A stretch of 64,000 nucleotides of DNA, taken from assembly GCA_963770565.1 (NCBI GenBank), contig CAVYQE010000002.1, positions 800,001-864,000 on the forward strand. Direction: 5' to 3'. Every line of letters starts with the position of its first letter. The stretch's first letter is position 1. The stretch comes from an uncultured Actinomycetota bacterium. GTDB lineage: Bacteria; Actinomycetota; Actinomycetes; JAFAQI01. Under the pieces are notes generated by a model. It was not told the DNA's origin. It ran no database searches and saw nothing but the letters and a program-made list of their open reading frames with translations. The position numbers and the translations under genes are program-made. Below, in pieces: positions 46,539-56,797 of the stretch.

Positions 46539-47969
46539 GTGAAGGTCCGGGCGGTCGCGCCGCTCGCGGTCGCAGCCATGCTGCTGCTCCCGGCCGGAAA
46601 CGCAGCCTCCGCCGCCGCTGTCGGCCGGTACGCCGCGGCGATCTCGTCCCCGCGAGCCGATCCGTACTACCCGGCCGAGGGCACGACGAGTGTCGACGTA
46701 CTCCACTATGGCCTTGACCTGACGTGGGACGCCGCAACGAGACGGCTCAGCGGGACCGCGACGATCCGGTTCAGGGCCACCCGGGCCGAAACCCGGATCT
46801 CGCTCGACTTCGGCGACCAGCTGAGCTTCACCTCGATTCGCCTCGACGGGCGGGTGCCGCCCGGCAGTGGCTACGGCCCGAACACGCTGATCGTGGTCAC
46901 CGGCCCGCTGCAGCGCGACAGCCTGCATACCCTCGTGATCCGGTATCACGGCTCGCCGGGACCGGTCCGGGCGCCGAGCGAGCGCAGCGACCTCACCTAC
47001 GTCGGGTGGACCGTCCAGCCCGATGGCGAGGTGTGGTCGATCCAGGAGCCGTTCGGCGCCTTCACCTGGTACCCGGTCAACGACCAGCCCTCGGACAAGG
47101 CGTTCTACGACATCACCTGGCACACCAAGGCGGCCTGGCGCGGGGTGAGCAACGGCGACCTGCTCAGCGACACGGTCAGCCATGGCGAGCGGACGATGCA
47201 CTGGCACCTCGCCTCGCCGGCCGCCAGCTATCTCGTCACCGTGGCGATCGGCCCGTACCACGCGTATCACCAGCGTGGTCCGCACGGCCTGCCGATCACG
47301 TACTGGGTGCGCAACTCCGACCGGGATCTGCTGCCCGAGCTGCGGCACAGCCCGGCACTGATCCGCTGGCTGGAGGCCCGGCTCGGTCCCTTCCCGTTCG
47401 ACCGGATTGGCGCGGTGGTCGCGCCGACCACGTCGGCCGAGGAGACCCAGACGTTGGTGACGATCGGCAGATCGGTGCTGACCAGGCGCGGCGGTGGACT
47501 GTCCGACCTGCTGCATGAGTACTCCCACCAGTGGTACGGCGACGAGGTGACGCCGAACAACTGGAAGGACCTCTGGATGAACGAGAGCTTCGCGATGTAT
47601 TTCCAGATCCGCTGGGAGGCCTCGCACCGTGGCCTTAACATGGCGAGCTGGCGGCGGGTGCTCAACGCGGCGGATCAGGTTCTGCGCAACGTATTCGGCC
47701 CACCCGGTGAGTACATCCGCAACGACTTTGCGGAGCTCAACGTCTACTACTGCGGTGCCCGGATGCTTGACCGGCTGCACGCGATGCTGGGTTCGACGCT
47801 GTTCTGGTCGGTCGTTCGCGGCTGGCCGGCGTCGCGACGGTTCGGCAATGCCGACCGCGGCGACTGGATCCGCTACCTCGACCGCACCACCGGGCGCAAC
47901 CTGGCGCACTTCGTCCGGCACTGGCTCGACGCGAGGCGTTCTCCCGTCTCACCGATCAGCACTCTGTAG
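46539..47969 (+). CDS. Secreted M1-family metallo-aminopeptidase
   Basis: Signal peptide, W.P.NDQPSDKA, HEYSH-X18-E zinc motif, YY.GA.ML. Confidence 0.88.
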   Translation: MKVRAVAPLAVAAMLLLPAGNAASAAAVGRYAAAISSPRADPYYPAEGTTSVDVLHYGLDLTWDAATRRLSGTATIRFRATRAETRISLDFGDQLSFTSIRLDGRVPPGSGYGPNTLIVVTGPLQRDSLHTLVIRYHGSPGPVRAPSERSDLTYVGWTVQPDGEVWSIQEPFGAFTWYPVNDQPSDKAFYDITWHTKAAWRGVSNGDLLSDTVSHGERTMHWHLASPAASYLVTVAIGPYHAYHQRGPHGLPITYWVRNSDRDLLPELRHSPALIRWLEARLGPFPFDRIGAVVAPTTSAEETQTLVTIGRSVLTRRGGGLSDLLHEYSHQWYGDEVTPNNWKDLWMNESFAMYFQIRWEASHRGLNMASWRRVLNAADQVLRNVFGPPGEYIRNDFAELNVYYCGARMLDRLHAMLGSTLFWSVVRGWPASRRFGNADRGDWIRYLDRTTGRNLAHFVRHWLDARRSPVSPISTL

Positions 47970-47976
47970 CTTTCGG

Positions 47977-49815
47977 TTAGAAGGCGGACTCCGGCAGGTC
48001 CATGACCTCGAGCGTGGTCGTCTCGACGACGAGTCGCTCGGCGTGCAGGAGCGGGAGCCGGGTCTGGGCGAAGAACCTTGCCGCGGCCACCTTGCCCTCG
48101 TAGAAGTCCTTGTCGCCGGGCGTCGCTGGGCCTGCGGTGAGCGCGTTGAGCGCGACCTCGGCCTGGCGCAGCAGTAGCCAGCCGACCACGACGTCGCCGA
48201 GCGCGGCGAGCAGCCGCGAGGTGTTGAGCCCGACCTTGTACAGGCTGCGCAGGTCCTCGGTCGCGCCGGTGAGGTAGCCGACCATCGTCTCGACCATCGC
48301 CTGGGCGTCGCCGAGCGCGGCGCCGAGCAGCGCCCGCTCGGTCTTGAGCTGGCCGTTGCCGGCGTCGGAGTCGACGAACGCCTCGATCTGGCCGACCAGC
48401 TCGGTCAGCGCTGCGCCCTGGTCGCGGACGATCTTGCGGAAGAACAGGTCCTGACCCTGGATCGCCGTCGTGCCCTCGTAGAGCGTGTCGATCTTCGAGT
48501 CGCGGATGTATTGCTCGATCGGGTAGTCCTGCAGGAAGCCCGACCCGCCGAAAGTCTGCAGCGACTGCGACCCGAGCAGCTCGTAGGACTTCTCCGAACC
48601 GAAGCCCTTGACGATCGGCAGCAGCAGATCGTTCATCCGGACCGCGTCGTCGTCCTGCTCGCCGCGACCCGCCGCGATCATGACCGCGTCCTGGTAGGTC
48701 GCGGTGAACAGAACGAGCGCGCGCATCCCCTCGGCGTAGGCCTTCTGCAGCATCAGCGACCGACGGACGTCGGGGTGGTGGGTGATCGTGACGCGCGGCG
48801 CGGCCTTGTCGAGCATCTGGGTCAGGTCGGAGCCCTGCACGCGGGTCTTCGCGTACTCCAGCGCGTTGAGGTAGCCGGTCGACAGGGTCGCGATGGCCTT
48901 CGTGCCGACCATCATCCGGGCCATCTCGATGACCTCGAACATCTGCGCGATGCCGGCGTGGACGTCGCCGACCAGCCAGCCGACCGCCGGTACGCCGGAC
49001 TCGCCGAAGGTCAGCTCACACGTGGTCGAGACCTTCAGCCCCATCTTCTTCTCGAGGTTGGTGGCGAAGACGCCATTGCGCTCGCCGAGCTCGCCGGTGG
49101 CGAGGTCGACGTGGAACTTCGGTACGACGAACAGCGACAGGCCCTTGGTGCCGGGGCCGGCACCGACCGGCCGCGCCAGCACGAGGTGCACGATGTTGTC
49201 GGGAATGTCCCAGTCACCGCTGGTGATGAAGCGCTTCACGCCCTCGATGTGCCATGAGCCGTCCGGCTGCTCGGTGGCCTTGGTCCGCCCGGCACCGACG
49301 TCGGACCCGGCGTCGGGCTCGGTCAGGACCATCGTCGAGGCCCAGCGGTGCTCGATCGCGAGTTCGGCTAGCCGCTTCTGGTCGGCGTTGCCCAGCCGGT
49401 GCAGGATCGCGGCGAAGGCCGGCCCGGCGGCGTACATGTGGATCGCCGGGTTGGCGCCGAGCACCATCTCGTTGGCGGCCCAGATGATCGACGGCGGAAG
49501 TCCCGGGCCACCGAGCTCGGCGGTCAGCCCGAGCCGGTCCCAGCCGCCCTCGAGGAATGCGCGGTAGGACGCTTTGAACGACTCCGGGAGCGTGACCGAG
49601 TGGGTTTCGGGGTCGAACACCGGCGGGTTGCGGTCGGCGTCGGTGAACGACTCGGCGAGCGGCCCTTCGGCCAAGTGCCGGATCTCCTCGAGGATGCTGT
49701 GCGCGGTGTCGACGTCGACGTCGGCGAAGCCGCCCGAGCCCAGGATCGAGCCGCGGTCGAGAACCTCGAACAGGGTGAACTCAATGTCGCGCAGGTTCGA
49801 CTTGTAGTGAGCCAT
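47977..49815 (-). CDS. Acyl-CoA dehydrogenase (FadE5-like)
   Basis: [64 protein letters not shown]. Confidence 0.93.
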   Translation of the reverse strand: MAHYKSNLRDIEFTLFEVLDRGSILGSGGFADVDVDTAHSILEEIRHLAEGPLAESFTDADRNPPVFDPETHSVTLPESFKASYRAFLEGGWDRLGLTAELGGPGLPPSIIWAANEMVLGANPAIHMYAAGPAFAAILHRLGNADQKRLAELAIEHRWASTMVLTEPDAGSDVGAGRTKATEQPDGSWHIEGVKRFITSGDWDIPDNIVHLVLARPVGAGPGTKGLSLFVVPKFHVDLATGELGERNGVFATNLEKKMGLKVSTTCELTFGESGVPAVGWLVGDVHAGIAQMFEVIEMARMMVGTKAIATLSTGYLNALEYAKTRVQGSDLTQMLDKAAPRVTITHHPDVRRSLMLQKAYAEGMRALVLFTATYQDAVMIAAGRGEQDDDAVRMNDLLLPIVKGFGSEKSYELLGSQSLQTFGGSGFLQDYPIEQYIRDSKIDTLYEGTTAIQGQDLFFRKIVRDQGAALTELVGQIEAFVDSDAGNGQLKTERALLGAALGDAQAMVETMVGYLTGATEDLRSLYKVGLNTSRLLAALGDVVVGWLLLRQAEVALNALTAGPATPGDKDFYEGKVAAARFFAQTRLPLLHAERLVVETTTLEVMDLPESAF

Positions 49816-49890
49816 GTCCACTCCGTACGCCTGGACCGCGGCGCCGATCGCCGGGTTGGTGCCGTGCTACCGGTCGAGCGCTGTTGCCGT

Positions 49891-49930
49891 GCTACCCGCC
49901 GGTAACATCTCCATATTACCCACAAGTAAC
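49891..49930. promoter_or_regulatory. Tandem TACC-N4-(G/A)GTAAC operators upstream of the FadE5-like gene
   Basis: gctacccgccggtaac 49891-49906 and attacccacaagtaac 49915-49930. Confidence 0.55.
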
Positions 49931-49985
49931 CTTCGGTGCCCGGCACTTCGCCACTGATCCGCCATCCGGCCGCATGGTTCGGCCC

Positions 49986-50027
49986 GATGCCTAGGCATCT
50001 TGCGCTCACGGCTGCGAGCGTTAACCT
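49986..50027 (+). promoter_or_regulatory. cox operon promoter with an upstream perfect palindrome
   Basis: GATGCCTAGGCATC (49986-49999) directly abuts TTGCGC-N16-TAACCT. Confidence 0.5.
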
Positions 50028-50098
50028 CAGACCGAGCCGCAGCACTCCACCCCGTTCATCGCTGAGAAGTCGGCCGAGCCGACAGATTCGAGGCCGCA

Positions 50099-50614
50099 AT
50101 GGCGCGCGTGAGCATGAAGGTCGATGGGACCACGTACACCGACGAGGTCGAGCCCAGACGGCTGCTCGTGCACCATCTGCGCGACGGTCTCGGGCGGGTG
50201 GGCACGCCGATCGGATGCGATACCTCGAACTGCGGCGCATGCACGGTCCTGCTCAACGGCGAGAGCGTGAAGTCGTGCTCGATGCTCGCGGTGCAGGCCG
50301 ACGGCGCCGAGATCACCACGATCCAGGGCCTCGCGACCGACGGCGTCTGGCACCCGGTCCAGCAGGCGTTCAAGGACAACCACGGCCTTCAGTGCGGCTA
50401 CTGCACGCCGGGCATGATTCTGGCCGCCGTCGACCTGCTGTCCACCAACCCGAACCCGACCGAGGCCGAGGTCCGCGACGGCCTCGAGGGCAACTTGTGC
50501 CGGTGCACCGGCTACGTGAACATCGTCCGCTCGGTCCTGGCCGCGGCCGCCGTGATGCGCGGCGAAACCCCGGCCGCCTCTAGCCCTGCCGACGAGAAGG
50601 TGGGTGCGGTATGA
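50099..50614 (+). CDS. coxS: Molybdenum hydroxylase small 2Fe-2S subunit
   Basis: [12 protein letters not shown]...SC; QCGYCTPG...GNLCRCTGY. Confidence 0.92.
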   Translation: MARVSMKVDGTTYTDEVEPRRLLVHHLRDGLGRVGTPIGCDTSNCGACTVLLNGESVKSCSMLAVQADGAEITTIQGLATDGVWHPVQQAFKDNHGLQCGYCTPGMILAAVDLLSTNPNPTEAEVRDGLEGNLCRCTGYVNIVRSVLAAAAVMRGETPAASSPADEKVGAV

Positions 50615-50705
50615 GCGAGTACCGAAGCGAAGCGAAGGTGGCTCGCTCCAATGTGATTGGCGTCTCCGCATCGGGGCGCCCGGCAGGGGCGCACCGATGA
50701 GCGAG
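50611..50705 (+). repeat. MIRU-like insertion encoding a 29-aa coupled mini-ORF (50611-50700)
   Basis: ATGAGCGAG direct repeat at both ends; ATGA overlaps with the coxS stop and coxL start; two internal hairpins. Confidence 0.7.
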
Positions 50706-53066
50706 ACGACGATGGAGGTCGGCCGGCGTCGTACCCGCAAGGAGGACGCCAAGCTCGTCACCGGGCAGACCATGTGGACCGACAGCATCGCAATGCCCGG
50801 CCTGCTGCAGTTCGCGCTGCTGCGCAGCCCGATGGCGCACGCGAAGATCACCCGGATCGACGTCTCCCCTGCGCTCGAGATGCCCGGCGTGATCGCGGCG
50901 TTCTCGGGTGCCGATCTCGCCGAGCAGCTCGGCTCGCTGCCGTGCGCGTGGCCGGTCACGCCCGACATGGTGACCCCGGCGCACCCGCCGATCGCGGTCG
51001 AAGAAGTGCGGTACGTCGGTGACGCGGTCGCCGTCGTGGTGGCACGTGACCGCTACGCCGCGGCCGATGCGCTCGAGGCGATCGAGGTCGAGTACGAGCC
51101 GCTGCCGGCGGTCACGAACATGGAGGCGGCACTCGCCGACGGCGCGCCGCTCGTGCACAGCGACAAGGGCACGAACCGCTGTTTCGACTGGCCGTTCGCG
51201 GCCGGCGACTACGCCGCCGCGAAGGCGGCCGCGGACGTCGTGGTCTCGCGCCGATTCATCCAGCAGCGGCTGTTGCCGTCGGCGATGGAGCCGCGCGCGG
51301 TCGTCGTCGCGCCGATCGCAGCGGCCGACGAATACACGGTCTACTCCTCGACCCAGATCCCGCACGTCCTGCGGGTCATGTTGGCGTTGACTACCGGCAC
51401 GCCCGAGCACAAGCTGCGCGTCATCACTCCCGACGTCGGCGGCGGTTTCGGGTCGAAGCTCAACGTCTACGCCGAGGAAGTCATCGCGCTCGTGCTCGCC
51501 AAGAAGCTCGGCCGGCCGGTGCGCTGGACCGAGTCCCGCAGCGAGGGCTACCAGGCGACGATTCACGGCCGCGACCAGATCCAGGACATCGAGATCGCGG
51601 CCCGCGCCGACGGCAAGATCCTCGGCCTGAAGGTGCACCTGCTCGCCGACATGGGCGCCTACCTGCAGCTGGTGACTCCGGGCGTCCCGTTGCTCGGCGC
51701 CTTCATGTTCCCGGCGATCTACAAGATGGACGCCTACGACTTCCACTGCACGGGTGTCTTCACGACGAAGACCCCGACCGACGCTTACCGCGGTGCCGGG
51801 CGACCGGAAGCGACGTTCGCGATCGAACGGATCATGGATGAGCTCGCGGCCGAGCTCGGCCGCGACCCGATGGAGCTGCGCCAGCAGAACTGGATCACCC
51901 ATCCCGAGTTCCCGTTCGAGACGATTGCCGGCCTGACCTACGACTCCGGCAACTACGAAGCGGCGACCGACGAGGCGATGCGGCTGTTCGACTACGCCGG
52001 CCTACGCCGCGAGCAGGCCGAGCGGCGTGAGCGCAACGACTCGGTCCAGCTCGGCATCGGTATCTCGACCTTCACCGAGATGTGCGGCCTTGCGCCAAGC
52101 CGGGTGCTCGGATCGCTGTCGTACGGCGCCGGTGGCTGGGAGGCCGCGAGCATCCGGATGTTGCCGACCGGCAAGGTCGAGGTCGTGACCGGTTCGTCGC
52201 CGCACGGTCAGGGTCACGTCACGTCGTGGAGCCAGATCGCCGCGGACGCACTCGGCGTGCCCTTCGAGGACGTCGAGGTGATCTACGGCGACACGCAGTC
52301 CAGCCCCAAGGGCATGGACACCTACGGCTCGCGGTCGCTCGTGGTCGGCGGGGTAGCGATCCATCACGCGGCCGCGAAGGTGATCGAGAAGGCCAAGCGA
52401 ATCGCCGCGCACCTGCTGGAGGCAGCCGAGTCCGACGTCACGTTCGCCAACGGTGCGTTCTCGGTGGCCGGCTCGCCGGAGGCGTCGATGTCGATCCAGG
52501 AGATCGCGCTCGCGACCTTCGCCGCGCACAACCTGCCCGACGGCATGGAGCCGACGCTGGACTCGGACTACGTGTTCGACCCGGAGAACTTCTCCTTCCC
52601 GCACGGTACGCACCTGTGCGCGATGGAGGTCGACACCGAGACCGGCCGATCCACCATGCGCTCCTACGTCTGCGTCGACGACATCGGCAACGTGGTCAAC
52701 CCGCTGATCGTCGAAGGCCAGGTGCACGGCGGCTTGGCGCAGGGCATCGCGCAGGCGCTCTTCGAAGAAGCCGTGTACGACGAGGACGGCAACCTCACCA
52801 CCGGCACGATGGCCGACTATCTCGTGCCGAGTGCGGCCGACCTGCCGACCTTCGTGACCGGGCGAACCGAGACCCCCGCGACGTCGAACCCGCTCGGCGT
52901 CAAGGGAGTCGGCGAGGCGGGGACGATCGCTTCGACACCGGCGGTCATCAACGCGATCGTCGATGCTTTGCGGCCACAGGGAGTCACCGACGTGTTGATG
53001 CCGGCCACCCCGGAACGGGTATGGCGCGCATTACAGACCGCACGCAGCGAGGGAGGCAACCGATGA
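50697..53066 (+). CDS. coxL: Molybdenum hydroxylase large subunit, form II CoxL-like
   Basis: RKED.KLVTG, PDVGGGFGSK, AYRGAGRPEA, HGQGH, TYGSRS, GQVHGG.AQG, KGVGEAG. Confidence 0.92.
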   Translation: MSETTMEVGRRRTRKEDAKLVTGQTMWTDSIAMPGLLQFALLRSPMAHAKITRIDVSPALEMPGVIAAFSGADLAEQLGSLPCAWPVTPDMVTPAHPPIAVEEVRYVGDAVAVVVARDRYAAADALEAIEVEYEPLPAVTNMEAALADGAPLVHSDKGTNRCFDWPFAAGDYAAAKAAADVVVSRRFIQQRLLPSAMEPRAVVVAPIAAADEYTVYSSTQIPHVLRVMLALTTGTPEHKLRVITPDVGGGFGSKLNVYAEEVIALVLAKKLGRPVRWTESRSEGYQATIHGRDQIQDIEIAARADGKILGLKVHLLADMGAYLQLVTPGVPLLGAFMFPAIYKMDAYDFHCTGVFTTKTPTDAYRGAGRPEATFAIERIMDELAAELGRDPMELRQQNWITHPEFPFETIAGLTYDSGNYEAATDEAMRLFDYAGLRREQAERRERNDSVQLGIGISTFTEMCGLAPSRVLGSLSYGAGGWEAASIRMLPTGKVEVVTGSSPHGQGHVTSWSQIAADALGVPFEDVEVIYGDTQSSPKGMDTYGSRSLVVGGVAIHHAAAKVIEKAKRIAAHLLEAAESDVTFANGAFSVAGSPEASMSIQEIALATFAAHNLPDGMEPTLDSDYVFDPENFSFPHGTHLCAMEVDTETGRSTMRSYVCVDDIGNVVNPLIVEGQVHGGLAQGIAQALFEEAVYDEDGNLTTGTMADYLVPSAADLPTFVTGRTETPATSNPLGVKGVGEAGTIASTPAVINAIVDALRPQGVTDVLMPATPERVWRALQTARSEGGNR

Positions 53067-53920
53067 TCCCCGCGTCGCTCGAGTACGTCGCACCCACATC
53101 CATCGCGGACGCAGTGTCGGCGCTGACAAACGGCGGCGACGAGGCGAAGGTCATCGCCGGCGGTCAGAGCCTGATGCCGGTCCTGCGGCTTCGGCTGGCC
53201 TACCCGACCACGCTCGTCGACCTGCGCAACGTGGCCGACCTGCGCGGGGTCCGCGAGGACAACGGCGACCTCGTGATCGGCGCGATGACCCGGCACTGCG
53301 ACGTCATCACCGACGGCCTGATCGCGCAGCACGCACCACTGATCGCCGCGGCGACGAAGACGGTTGCCGACCCCGCGATCCGGCATCGCGGCACCTTCGG
53401 CGGCGCGCTGTCGCACGCCGATCCGGCCGGCGACCTTCCCGCGGTCACGCTCGCTCTGGACGCGACCTTCGTAGTTGAGGGCCCGAGCGGGCGTCGTACC
53501 GTGCCGGCCAGCGAGTTCTTCGTCGACTACCTGCAGTCGGCGCTGGCACCGGATGAGCTGCTGGTCGAGGTCAGGGTGCCGAAGCTGACCGGCTGGGGCG
53601 TGCACTACGAGAAGTTCCAGCGGGTCGCGCAGGCCTGGGCGATCGTCGGCGTCGCGGCCGCAGTGCGGATGGAGAACGGCACGATCGCGGAGGCGCGGGT
53701 CGGGCTCACCAACATGGGCCCGACACCGGTCCGGGCGTCGGCAGTCGAGGCGGCCCTGGCCGGCGCTGCAGCCGAGCCGGGTGCGGTCGGTGCGGCAACC
53801 GCCGCGACGGCTGAGGGCACCCGGCCGCCGTCGGACCTCGGCGGCGCGGCTGACTATCGGCAACATCTTGCGCAGGTGCTCGCCCGCCGCGCGGTGCTGG
53901 CTGCGGCCGGGAGCGAGTGA
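53063..53920 (+). CDS. coxM: Molybdenum hydroxylase FAD subunit
   Basis: MIPA...Y.AP, AGGQSLMP, IRHRGTFGG.L.HADPAGD. Confidence 0.92.
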   Translation: MIPASLEYVAPTSIADAVSALTNGGDEAKVIAGGQSLMPVLRLRLAYPTTLVDLRNVADLRGVREDNGDLVIGAMTRHCDVITDGLIAQHAPLIAAATKTVADPAIRHRGTFGGALSHADPAGDLPAVTLALDATFVVEGPSGRRTVPASEFFVDYLQSALAPDELLVEVRVPKLTGWGVHYEKFQRVAQAWAIVGVAAAVRMENGTIAEARVGLTNMGPTPVRASAVEAALAGAAAEPGAVGAATAATAEGTRPPSDLGGAADYRQHLAQVLARRAVLAAAGSE

Positions 53921-54855
53921 GCCCGCCGCCAGCTGACCGGCAGGGACTGCTGCCGGCGGACATCACGTCGCCGGCCGAGTTGCGCGTGCGTCTGGAGGCC
54001 TACGACTACCTCGCCGACGACGGCCTGGCGACTGCGGCGTACTTGTCGCTGGCGATGGGGCGGCCGCTGTTCCTCGAAGGCGAGGCGGGCGTCGGCAAGA
54101 CCGCGCTGGCCGATGCGCTCGGCGGGTTGCTGTCGGCCGAGGTCATCCGGCTGCAGTGCTACGAGGGGATCGATGCCTCGCAGGCGCTCTACGACTGGGA
54201 CTTCCCCCGCCAGCTGTTGCACCTGCGCGCGGTCGAGGCCGCCGGTGCGCCGACCGATGAGGCCGGCGTCGACCGGCTGGACCGCGAGGTCTACGACCGC
54301 CGGTTCCTGGTGGCCCGGCCGCTGCTCGCGGCGCTCGAGACGACGCCGTGCGTGCTGCTGATCGACGAGGTGGATCGGGCCGACGACGAGTTCGAGGCCT
54401 TCCTTCTGCAGCTGTTGTCGGACTACGCCGTGACGATTCCGGAGCTCGGCACGATCCGTGCCGAGGTGCCGCCGGTTGCGGTGCTGACCTCCAACCGCAC
54501 CCGCGAAGTGCACGACGCGTTGAAGCGTCGTTGCCTCTATCACTGGGTGGAGCACCCGTCGTTCGAGCGCGAGGTCGCGATCGTCCGGCGCCAGGTCCCG
54601 AAGGCGAGCGATGTGTTGGCGCGCCAGATCTCGGCCGCCGCGCAGCTGCTGCGGGAGGAGGGTCTGGCGAAGCCGCCCGGGGTCGCCGAGTCGATCGACT
54701 GGGCGCTGGCCCTCGTCGCGCTCGGCGCCGAGCGGCTCGACCCGGACACCGCGATCGCAACGCTCGGTGCGGTGCTGAAGTATCGCGAAGACCTGGATCG
54801 GGTCCGCCGGATGGATGTCGGCGCGCTGATCGCGGTGGCCGTCAGCGGTGGTTGA
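53917..54855 (+). CDS. coxD: MoxR-family AAA+ ATPase CoxD-like
   Basis: LEGEAGVGKT, RLQCYEG, LIDEVDRADDEFEAFLL, TSNRTREVHDALKRRC. Confidence 0.9.
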   Translation: MSPPPADRQGLLPADITSPAELRVRLEAYDYLADDGLATAAYLSLAMGRPLFLEGEAGVGKTALADALGGLLSAEVIRLQCYEGIDASQALYDWDFPRQLLHLRAVEAAGAPTDEAGVDRLDREVYDRRFLVARPLLAALETTPCVLLIDEVDRADDEFEAFLLQLLSDYAVTIPELGTIRAEVPPVAVLTSNRTREVHDALKRRCLYHWVEHPSFEREVAIVRRQVPKASDVLARQISAAAQLLREEGLAKPPGVAESIDWALALVALGAERLDPDTAIATLGAVLKYREDLDRVRRMDVGALIAVAVSGG

Positions 54856-56008
54856 GACGACCGACCGCTTCGACGGTGTCGACAGCGTGGTCGGGTTGGC
54901 GCGAGTGCTTCGAGCCGCCGGCGTTCCGGCCTCGCCGGACCGGGTCCACAACACGGTGGCCGCGCTCCGAGAGCTCGACCCGGCGCGCCGGGACGACGTC
55001 TACTGGGCCGGCCGGTTGACCCTGTGCGACAGCCCGATCGACATCCAGCGCTACGACCGGGTGTTTGCGGCGTACTTCGGGGATCGGCCGCTCTCGGTGG
55101 AGCGGCGGTCGCGGGTGGCCCGGTCACAGATCCAGCTGGTGGCAACGGACAGTGGGACGAGCGAGGAAGAGGACGAAGCCGGCGTCGAGCAATCCAGCGC
55201 GCGCGCCGCGGCGAGCACCGAAGAGGTGTTGCGGCACCGCGACATCGCCTCGCTGACCGGGACCGAACGCGAGCAGCTGCGGATCCTGATCGCCCGGCTG
55301 AGCCTGCCCGGCGAGCTGCGCACCAGCCGCCGGATGCGCCCGGCTCGCCGCGGGCCGATCGACGGCCGCCGGACGGTCCGGGCCTGGCTCGCCGCCGGCG
55401 GTGAGCCGGCCCGGCTGAAGCGGCACCGGCAGACCGAGCGGCCGCGCCGTGTCGTCCTGCTGGTCGACGTGAGCGGGTCGATGGCGTCGTACTCCGATGC
55501 GCTGCTGCGGTTCGCGCACGCGGCCGCGCGGCGCGGGCAGGCACCGTCGGAGGTGTTCACCTTCGGGACCCGGCTGTCCCGGGTGACCCGCGAGCTTCGG
55601 CATCCGGATCCGGACATCGCGATGGCCGCGGTGGCCGGTGCGACCCCGGACGCCGGCGGGGGCACCCGGCTCGGCGAGCTGCTGAAGGAGTTCCTCGACC
55701 GGTGGGGGCAACGCGGGATGGCGCGCGGCGCGGTGGTGGTCGTGTTGTCCGACGGGTGGGAGCGGGGTGACCCGACCCTGCTCGGCGAGCAGGCCGCACG
55801 GCTGCATCGGCTGGCCCACCGGGTGGTCTGGGCCAACCCACGCAAGGCCGGGGCCGGCTTTGCGCCGGTCGCCGGCGGGATGGCCGCGGCACTGCCCTGG
55901 GTTGACGACTTCGTCGAGGGGCACAGTCTCGACGCACTGATTACCCTCGCCGCAGTGGTGCGCGGTGCCCGCTGGTCGCCCACGACGCTGACCTTGGAGG
56001 ATCTGTGA
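54848..56008 (+). CDS. coxE: vWA domain protein CoxE-like
   Basis: MIDAS motif DVSGSM, EVFTFGTRL, GGTRLG, LSDGWERG, W.NP. Confidence 0.9.
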   Translation: MVETTDRFDGVDSVVGLARVLRAAGVPASPDRVHNTVAALRELDPARRDDVYWAGRLTLCDSPIDIQRYDRVFAAYFGDRPLSVERRSRVARSQIQLVATDSGTSEEEDEAGVEQSSARAAASTEEVLRHRDIASLTGTEREQLRILIARLSLPGELRTSRRMRPARRGPIDGRRTVRAWLAAGGEPARLKRHRQTERPRRVVLLVDVSGSMASYSDALLRFAHAAARRGQAPSEVFTFGTRLSRVTRELRHPDPDIAMAAVAGATPDAGGGTRLGELLKEFLDRWGQRGMARGAVVVVLSDGWERGDPTLLGEQAARLHRLAHRVVWANPRKAGAGFAPVAGGMAAALPWVDDFVEGHSLDALITLAAVVRGARWSPTTLTLEDL

Positions 56009-56715
56009 AGCTTGAGAACTCGTTCACCGTGCCGGTGACGGCTGACGTTGCCTGGCGGGTGCTGCTTGACGTCGAGCAGGTTGCGCCGTGCATGCCGGGC
56101 GCCACGTTGACCGGCCGCGACGGTGACAACTTCACCGGCACGGTCAAGGTGAAGGTCGGACCGGTGAGCCTGACGTACGGCGGCTCCGCGATCTTCGCGT
56201 CGCTCGACGAGGCGAGCCGGACCGCGGTGATCGAAGCATCCGGCAAGGAGACCCGCGGTTCCGGTACGGCGAAGGCGGTCATCACCACGACATTGACCGA
56301 GAGCAACGGCTCAACCCAGGTCGACGTCGAGACCGACCTGATGATCACCGGGAAGCCGGCCCAGTTCGGCCGCGGCGTGATGACCGAGATCAGCGGCCGG
56401 CTGATCGACCAGTTCGCGGAGTGTCTCGCCGCCAAGATCACCGCCGACGGGACCCCGCCGGCCGACGCTGCCACCGTGTCACCGTCCGACGAGGCGTCGC
56501 CGGAGCCGACCAGTGCCGGCCCAGGGGGCAGTTCCGCACCTCAAGCGGCGCCCGCCGCAACGTCTCGACCGGCGGCCGCGGCCGCCGCCGAGCGGCCCAC
56601 GCCCGAGGCGATCGACCTGATCGGCACAGCCGGGATGCCGGTGCTCAAGCGGCTCGCACCGCTCGCCCTGGCTGTGCTAATCCTCTTCCTCGTGTTCCGC
56701 CGCCGGTACCGCTGA
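56005..56715 (+). CDS. coxG: SRPBCC CoxG-like protein with C-terminal membrane anchor
   Basis: F.VP...AW..LLD...VAPCMPGA, VKVGPV, G+.AQFGRG; C-terminal TM followed by RRRYR. Confidence 0.88.
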   Translation: MKLENSFTVPVTADVAWRVLLDVEQVAPCMPGATLTGRDGDNFTGTVKVKVGPVSLTYGGSAIFASLDEASRTAVIEASGKETRGSGTAKAVITTTLTESNGSTQVDVETDLMITGKPAQFGRGVMTEISGRLIDQFAECLAAKITADGTPPADAATVSPSDEASPEPTSAGPGGSSAPQAAPAATSRPAAAAAAERPTPEAIDLIGTAGMPVLKRLAPLALAVLILFLVFRRRYR

Positions 56716-56797
56716 GCCCTCGACCGCCGCGCTCGCGGCCGCGCTGGATTCCCGCCGGAGCCATCGGTCGCGGCCGGAGTCGGGGCAGACTAGATCG

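Noticed and set aside
50697-53066. Bona fide aerobic CO dehydrogenase (form I)
   Set aside because: The active-site loop is AYRGAGR, not AYXCSFR, and the gene order is S-L-M.
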